Shown: positions 56,576 through 64,000 of the stretch, piece after piece
Layout: each line of letters begins with the position of its first letter
How positions within the stretch are numbered: the stretch's first letter is position 1
Assembly: GCA_963729045.1 (NCBI GenBank)
Contig: CAVSMN010000021.1
Span: 120,888 to 184,887, forward strand
From: an uncultured Nitrososphaeraceae archaeon
GTDB lineage: Archaea > Thermoproteota > Nitrososphaeria > Nitrososphaerales > Nitrososphaeraceae
DNA: 64,000 bases
Direction: 5' to 3'
Translations under genes and position numbers: made by a program
Notes under the pieces: generated by a model
Told to the model about the DNA's origin: nothing
The model's input: only the letters and a program-made list of their open reading frames with translations
Databases searched by the model: none

Positions 56576-57455
56576 TTTTGGTGAAGATCAAAATCCATTT
56601 TCTTATTCCAATATATTAGAATTCTGCCTTGTTATATTACTATGTTTTCATATTTTATTGAAATCTGACCGGATAATACAAATTAGCCTTGATATCTTTC
56701 TATGGTTTTGACATCGGCATCATTTATTTGACTATTCTTTTAGTCCCATGATGATTGCAATATGAAGTCAGGAAGTCTACATTTATGCTAGTTATTAATG
56801 GTGGAAACAGTTGATAATTTTAATCAAGATTAATTTTTGGCAACTTATCAATTCTTTATGTGTAACCATAGAGTGTTCATATGATTCAAGATGCTTGATG
56901 AATTGAAGTAGGCTAAGCAATTGGATACCAATTGAGTAGTTTGACAAATTTGTAACATTTCACGTCTCTCATAATGATTATTAGCAAGCTAATTAGCCGG
57001 TACGCATCAGAAGATGCTTTTCTTCTTGCATGGGATTGGTATTACATATCGCCACCTAAGATTAGATTAGCTATCAGGGATCTTCAACTAAAACCATTCT
57101 TAAAAAATCCGCTTCAACTAGATACCTATATTACAGATATTTGTAGAGAACTGGACTGATATCTTTTTGATTTTGAGTCGTGATACTCAAATTAGTGTAG
57201 TCCTAGTTTAAGACCGCGTTCTGGCTGATACAATATTGTAGTGATTTTCATCAGTTAGGAACTTGTGCTACTTATTTTCTAAGATGTCTTAAAATTCCTT
57301 GAGTATAATGTTTAGTTGATGCAATAAAAACATTGCGATTGATAGAACAATAATTTATTTTAATGAGAACATCTATAATCTGCATAAAATAATTAGGTTC
57401 ATAGTCTTGTACATGGAATTGAGATTATTTCAACTAAGGATCAAAGTTTCAATTT

Positions 57456-58887
57456 ATGAATGAAAAGAATTCTCAAAAAGATGCATGGTTTGCACTAGCA
57501 ATTCTTAGCTGTCTAGCACTAATAACTATGTACGGAGAGACTATGCTGATTCCCGCGATCCCTTATTTAATAAATGATTTTGAAATATCTTATAATACCT
57601 CATCATGGATTTTGACTGCCTACTTGGTTGCTGGTGCAGTAATGACTCCAATTATAGGTAAACTTTCAGATGTTTATGGAAAAAAAAAGATGTTGGTGAT
57701 TGTAATGGTGATATATTCTGTCGGGAGTTTGTTGGGAGGAATGTCTAATGATATCTTTATGATGGTAATATCTAGAATAATCCAAGGAACTGGCCTAGCT
57801 ATGTTTCCCGTTGCCTTTGCAATTATTAGAGAGAAATTTTCCAATGAAAAGCTTGCGGTAGGTCAAGGAATTTTTACTGCAGTTTTCTCAGCAGGTGCCG
57901 TAATCGGCCTTGGATTAGGGGCAACCATTGTTGAATATTTTAGTTGGCATATGACATTCCTCTCAATAGTTCCTTTAATGGTAATATTATTGGTTGTAGT
58001 ACTAAAGTGGGTTCGAATTGACTCAGAAAAACTCGTTTCAAGAATTCGAGGTAGTATAGATATATGCGGGACTTTGGTGTTGGTATGTTTAGTTTCAGCT
58101 TTCCTTGTGGGTTTGACTATATTACCAAATACTATTTCTAATCCAAACAACAATCAATTGATTCTAACTTTAGCTCTTTTGATGATCTCCATTGTCCTCA
58201 TACCGATATTCATTTTCACACAGAGGAGGGCTCAATACCCTATTATGGATCTTAATCTGATGAAAGACCCTGTTCTTTTACCTGTTAATATATTAATAAT
58301 GACCATTGGTATTGCCTTTTTCATAATTTACCAAACTTTGCCAATTTTGATACAAAGTCCTATTCCCCTCGGATTCGGTGGTGGTCCGGTAGCCACTGCA
58401 AATGTTCAGCTTCCATTCATGATTTTGTCATTTGTAATTTCAGTTTTATCAGGATTTTTAATATCTAAAATAGGTAACATAAAGCCAACTTTGTTCGGAA
58501 GTATTTCAAGTACTTTTGGCTTCTTGCTGCTATTCATTTACCATCCATCCGAACTCGTGATATCGCTAGAACTCTGTGTTATCGCAATAGGATTAGCACT
58601 CGTAGAAATAGGTGCTTTTAATATATCATTGGTATCTGCACCTTTAAACCACAGTGGTACAGCATTAGGAATAACTATGTTGTTATTTTTGATTGGAATG
58701 TCATTAGGTCCGGCCATTTCTGGTATCTATTTAGAGAGCTTTAGATCTACGATTGACAATACCCATGAGTCATATCCAACCCCAGGTCGCTTACGATTTG
58801 ATCTTTTTAATCGCCTTATTAATATCAATCTTGTCTGTAATACTTTCGCTATTCATAACAAAAAAACTAGTAAGTAAGGTAATCTAG
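57456..58887 (+). CDS. MFS transporter (DHA2/EmrB-like); frameshift near 58785
   Basis: WILTAYL, GKLSDVYGKK, SRIIQG; last TM (VAYDLIFLIALLISILSVILSLFI) lies in another frame, stop at 58887. Confidence 0.9.
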
Positions 58888-59188
58888 TTTGCTAGATCAA
58901 ACCTGCTTGATTCAACTATTTGTGATTGAAAATACTTGAATAATGATAGTCCTATTTTTCACTTGTAGTGACAATTTGTTTAATGAAACAAGAAGTTAAG
59001 TATTTAAATAGACATTTGAATTTCGATATTTTTACTATCTTAAAATACAAATTGAAGAATACCACGGAAATGCTTTAAGTAATCTGATAGTGGCTTTTAT
59101 GAATGAGAAATCAATGATTCTAAATGTAAGATTTCATTTAATTAGATAAAACGTATATAAATTCCCCATAAGAATTAGAAATTACCTC

Positions 59189-59563
59189 TTGAAAAGAGAA
59201 CTCGATGACATTTTTAAAGCATATATTGTACAACTAGTTCTTGATAAAAAAACAGAACAGGCCCTAGAAAAATTAAGTCGATTTTATGAGATTAGGCCAC
59301 CCGAAATCGGGGTAGGTACGATCAAAGGGAAGAGAAGAACCGTGTACGCAGTTTATGTTCAACGAGAATGTAAAATTTATTGTATAAATTCAGAAATTTT
59401 TTACAATCCATTCATAATAATGCATGAGTTCTACCATCATTTGCGTACCACAGCAGGAGTTCATAAGGGATCGGAAAAACATGCTAATATGTATGCTAGA
59501 GGCTTTATTGATTCATATAAAACTATTATTAATAATATGGGGCAGAAAGATAAAGGTCCATAG
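59189..59563 (+). CDS. Hypothetical protein with HExxH (minimal metallopeptidase-like)
   Basis: IIMHEFYHH...SEKHAN.YA. Confidence 0.7.
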   Translation: MKRELDDIFKAYIVQLVLDKKTEQALEKLSRFYEIRPPEIGVGTIKGKRRTVYAVYVQRECKIYCINSEIFYNPFIIMHEFYHHLRTTAGVHKGSEKHANMYARGFIDSYKTIINNMGQKDKGP

Positions 59564-60920
59564 CTAAATTTTATGTCCGTTTGAAAAATTAATTTAAGAG
59601 TTGTCAATCAAACCTATCTTACGTGAGTAAATTTTTTGTCATTTTTTTGTTAACCTAAAAATCATTACTGTACTTTTTTCAGGATTAGTAGAGTTTCGGC
59701 TCATTCGATCTTTTCAATAACTCAAAAACTGGAAATAGTTGTTAAAGCCAGTGAAACTGACTTTACCTTTTATATATTATATATTATTTCCTTGAAGCAC
59801 CTATTTTTTGAGGCTCATCAAATCTTGTAGTTGACTTTTTTTCTTTCCTTGAATTATTTTAATATAGTAATTTTTCAATTACCATTGTTTTCATAACTTA
59901 TTTATTACTTTTCTGGCATATTGACTGTTAGAAATAGAAACCTTGTTGATCGGTTGCATTTAGTCATTATACATATGTTTATCCCATTGTGTCATCTTGT
60001 GATTTATTGCTTATAAATGCTCAGTCTCGATTGGTAATATCTAAATAATACAATAATCTTCGAAATCTGCTTGCTTTTGGTAAGCCAGTATTGTATTTAC
60101 AAGATGGAGATTAATATATCAAATTATAGTAACTATCGAGAATTATGTTTTCAGTTGGTAGGGGATATCATTTCCGCAAATATATGATCCGAATTTAATT
60201 CCTTTGACCAATGCATCTCCTGCATCAAAATTGAAGAATACATGATTGATTGCTGATGAATTTGGTTTAAGTTTGATGATTATTGTTAGACTCATACAAA
60301 TGGGACAATCTTTAGTTAAACCATTAGGTTCCTCCAATATCCTTAAATTGTTACAATAGTCGTTTCTGATGATCGAGTTTAGATGATTCGGTACCCTGGA
60401 AATAAAGTCATTGATTTCATAAGGAACCATCTATGATCCAATGTTTTAACAAGCTGAAAAATCAATGTAAAGTTTTGATAAATACGATTTGATAATCCCG
60501 CAAAAATGATTCTACTTAATCTATTCATTTAGTATGAGTAGATGATAGGAGACATTCTTGGTCTTAGGTAAAATTATGCATAAGACTAGTAGGAAGAAAA
60601 CAGCTTGTTTTTTTGATATAATTTGATATCCCTTTGTGAATTGATATGCGCTAATCATTCCCTTTTTTTTATAATAATATTCGATTACTTGCTATCCGTT
60701 AAATTATACAATTGGTAAATGACCCTTCGTCTTGGGTAATTAATACCTGATCATTATACTGAAATCGTAGAAGATTGCAGGGATATTAGAATTATAATTT
60801 GCTTAAAGTTATCAGATGATTTTTCTGTTATCGTATCTTTCTTACTATAAAAAATATTGTACATTTTTTTAAGTAATCAGTTATCAAACTCCTTTATTAT
60901 ATAATGCTATTATTTCTTGA

Positions 60921-62639
60921 ATGATAAAGATGTTATCATTAAGTGTGCTACTAATATTAACAGTACCTGATTATAACCGGACCAACTGCACAAATGGTTT
61001 TCTATCAAAGCGTTACTGCTCAAAGATCAAATAGTTACGAAAGTAGTACCTCAAATTTTGATATAAATAGCATATTTAATAACCTTCAAAACAAATTTCT
61101 AAATCCAATTGATGGATTGAATTCCGACAATGCTGAAGTTCAAGGATCAAATAGTTACGAAAGTAGTACCTCAAATTTTGATATAAATAGCATATTTAAT
61201 AACCTTCAAAACAGTTTTACCGATCCACTGGGACAAGTTGACATAACTTTTCCTCCTGGACCTACTGACTCTATGGTTCCTGTAAATCAACCAAGCTCCA
61301 CTGACTCTATGGTTCCTGTAAATCAACCAAGCTCCACTGACTCTATGGTTCCTGTAAATCAACCAAGCTCCACTGACTCTATGGTTCCTGTAAATCAACC
61401 AAGCTCCACTGACTCTATGGTTCCTGTAAATCAACCAAGCTCCACTGACTCTATGGTTCCTGTAAATCAACCAAGCTCCACTGACTCTATGGTTCCTGTA
61501 AATCAACCAAGCTCCACTGACTCTATGGTTCCTGTAAATCAACCAAGCTCCACTGACTCTATGGTTCCTGTAAATCAACCAAGCTCCACTGACTCTATGG
61601 TTCCTGTAAATCAACCAAGCTCCACTGACTCTACGGTTCCTGTAAATCAACCAAGCTCCACTGACAAACCCTCCACCTCTGAAGAATCAATTGCTCCACT
61701 GACAAACCCTCCACCTCTGAAGAATCAAGCTCCACTGACTCCACTGACTCCATAGCACCTCAGAGCGATAAATCCAAGGACGAATCAATCTCCACTGACT
61801 CCACTGAGCAAACCCTCCACACTCTGATAGAATCCAAGGACAATCCACTGACTCCACTGACTCCATAGCACCTCAGAGCGATAAATCCAAGGACGAATCA
61901 AGCTCCACTGACTCCACTGAGCAAACCTCAGCACCTCTGATAGAATCCAAGGACGAATCACACTGACTCCACTGACTCCATAGCACCTCAGAGCGATAAA
62001 TCCAAGGACGAATCAAGCTCCACTGACTCCACTGAGAAACCCTCCACCTCTGAAGAATCAAACTCCACTGACTCCACTGACTCCATAGCACCTCAGAGCG
62101 ATAAATCCAAGGACGAATCAAGCTCCACTGACTCCACTGAGAAACCCTCCACCTCTGAAGAATCAAGCTCCACTGACTCCACTGACTCCATAGCACCTCA
62201 GAGCGATAAATCCAAGGACGAATCAAGCTCCACTGACTCCACTGAGAAACCCTCCACCTCTGAAGAATCAAGCTCCACTGACTCCACTGACTCCATAGCA
62301 CCTCAGAGCGATAAATCCAAGGACGAATCAAGCTCCATTGACTCCACTGAGAAACCCTCCACCTCTGAAGAATCAAGCTCCACTGACTCCACTGACTCCA
62401 TAGCACCTCAGAGCGATAAATCCAAGGACGAATCAAGCTCCACTGACTCCACTGAGAAACCCTCCACCTCTGAAGAATCAAGCTCCACTGACTCCACTGA
62501 CTCCATAGCACCTCAGAGCGATAAATCCAAGGACGAATCAAGCTCCACTGACAAAGTCTCAAATGCAGCTATTGAAAAACCGGTAGGAATTACGAAGGTA
62601 ATATCTCCAACCAATACAAATCCTACAATTGAAAGCTAA
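60921..62639 (+). CDS. Secreted Ser/Thr/Asp-rich repetitive surface protein; several frameshifts
   Basis: Signal MIKMLSLSVLLILTV/LIITG...VTAQ; three repeat classes; ends ...TNPTIES* at 62639. Confidence 0.75.
61021..61213 (+). repeat. Direct repeat of about 70 bp, 2 copies 120 nt apart (SNSYESSTSNFDINSIFNNLQN)
   Basis: Lines 61021 and 61141 are near-identical. Confidence 0.95.
61264..61665 (+). repeat. 36-bp tandem repeat x11 (TDSMVPVNQPSS)
   Basis: actgactctatggttcctgtaaatcaaccaagctcc; last copy has atg>acg. Confidence 0.97.
61666..62552 (+). repeat. About 105-bp tandem repeat x8 (DSIAPQSDKSKDESSSTDSTEKPSTSEESSSTDST)
   Basis: catagcacctcagagcg at 61751, 61864, 61979, 62084, 62189, 62294, 62399, 62504. 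Confidence 0.95.
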
Positions 62640-63051
62640 TCCTGAAATCAGCAGGTCATGAAGTTTCAGAGCTAAAATTTTTTTTATCTTACACATATCG
62701 GTTGACATTTAACAAAAAGAAATCTGAAAGATTAGATTATGTGCAACCTTTTTAAGGATTGAATAATTAATACAAACTGCTGACACCCAAATTATCAAAG
62801 CAGTAAACTTATATCGAATCATAGTCACATTTTTTGAGAGTCTTATCCAGTTAAGCCTGTCCCCATATTCCATTTTAGTTCACTGCCAAACTTGAGCCTT
62901 GTAAATAAAAATTGACATGGCAAAGATTGACCGGAATTTAGATATCTTTTTTTGGTAAATTAAGTTAGATGAAGTCCTATTATCCGAGTACAGCAATCTT
63001 ACAAATAGGTTCAAGATTGGTGTTTAATAAAGACCGTCAAGTTTAGAGGGT

Positions 63052-63330
63052 ATGTCTAAAAATGATCAGCAGAGCCAGTGTGAGCATATTAATCAAGCCG
63101 ATTTGGAAAAGCCAGGGAATACACAGGGTTGTGAAGAATGTGAAAAAACCGGTTCAGAATGGGTACATTTGAGACTTTGTCTAACATGTGGTCATGTCGG
63201 ATGCTGCGACGCTTCGAGAAATAAACACGGAACAAAGCATTTTAAGGATACTATGCACCCTGTAATCAAATCATTTGAACCAGGAGAATCATGGAAGTGG
63301 TGTTTTGTGGATGATATATTTGCAGAATGA
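63052..63330 (+). CDS. Stand-alone UBP-type zinc finger protein
   Basis: CEH, GCEEC, WVHLRLCLTCGHVGCCD.S..KH..KH, HPVIKSFEPGE.W.WC. Confidence 0.93.
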   Translation: MSKNDQQSQCEHINQADLEKPGNTQGCEECEKTGSEWVHLRLCLTCGHVGCCDASRNKHGTKHFKDTMHPVIKSFEPGESWKWCFVDDIFAE

Positions 63331-63918
63331 GGTTTTAGATACGATGTAGAAGGAGTTTATCGAATTGAATCACTTGCTCCAAATCTAACAGAGATGTCAT
63401 CCAATTGATAACTTTTTCTAACTGGTAAGCTTCCTCCGTCAACCAAGCTTTAACGACAAGTTTATTTTTAGATAAAGGATAAACCGTTTTGATTTAGTTA
63501 TCTACAATAGGCATTTGGGGATGACATTTCAGCGAGAATTATGTAAGTATTGATAAACTATGAGAATACCTTACTAATAATATCTTTAAACAAATAAAGA
63601 ATAGAATTCTCAAGGCTTAAAAATAAAAAAATCTTTATGATTAATTAGGTCATAATGCTTTTCGCATCGTAAATTACTAGATATGAAAATTATCCAACAA
63701 TAAAATTCTTCACAACTCAATTAACGTGATAATTTCATTTTTCTCTCAGACCAACACAGACACACTATTTAGAATTATTGCAGCTTGTAATTTAACCAGA
63801 TTCTATCCTCTTTAATTATACCTTAGCATAATGCTCGTATCGCTTTTCTATTCCTCTATTACTCCCGGTTTCGATCTATATCTACGACTTATTCAGTTCT
63901 GCCGGTTCCATAATACTG

Positions 63919-63999
63919 CTAATCTGGTTCTGATGATTTAGATTCATTTGGAGACTTGGGCTCAGAATCTACATCATTTTTTCTTTCAGCCAATTTTAA
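63919..63999 (-). CDS. Possible 3' end of a gene entering from the right edge
   Basis: LKLAERKNDVDSEPKSPNESKSSEPD*. Confidence 0.35.
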   Translation of the reverse strand, partial: LKLAERKNDVDSEPKSPNESKSSEPD

Positions 64000-64000
64000 C

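Noticed and set aside
61264..62552. 36-bp repeats as a CRISPR array; antisense ORFs 61171..61650 and 61873..62562
   Set aside because: No spacers, and regular unit lengths are multiples of 3 within a coding region; the antisense ORFs are shadows of the repeats

Overview
AT-rich, low-coding-density archaeal chromosome segment. Gene content and style (archaeal Hsp20 pair, pyruvoyl arginine decarboxylase, Mut7-C, CHRD, FxLYD, cupredoxin-fused PQQ dehydrogenase, stand-alone receivers, TATA-like boxes just upstream of starts) suggest a soil ammonia-oxidising archaeon of the Nitrososphaeraceae, probably Nitrosocosmicus-like (inference). I found no rRNA, tRNA, CRISPR array or transposase. The window is mostly accessory stress, redox and signalling genes. 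Many genes carry single-base frameshifts, probably assembly indel errors, and a few are true pseudogenes with in-frame stops. The best candidate for an undescribed system is a same-strand cluster at 9.7-14.0 kb: a MinD/ParA ATPase; a fusion of a degenerate KaiC/RAD55-like domain, a LIM-like Zn finger and a non-canonical class III nucleotide cyclase; a DUF4242 metal-binding protein; and a kinase-less sensor-like protein. Other notable items are a secreted protein with 4 identical Cys-rich 26-aa repeats, a dioxygenase/esterase chimera, a broken oxalate decarboxylase, a probable AN1-finger/M50 protease fusion, a three-tier Ser/Thr repeat surface protein, and several genes missed by the ORF track. 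All family calls come from motif recognition by eye; no searches were run.
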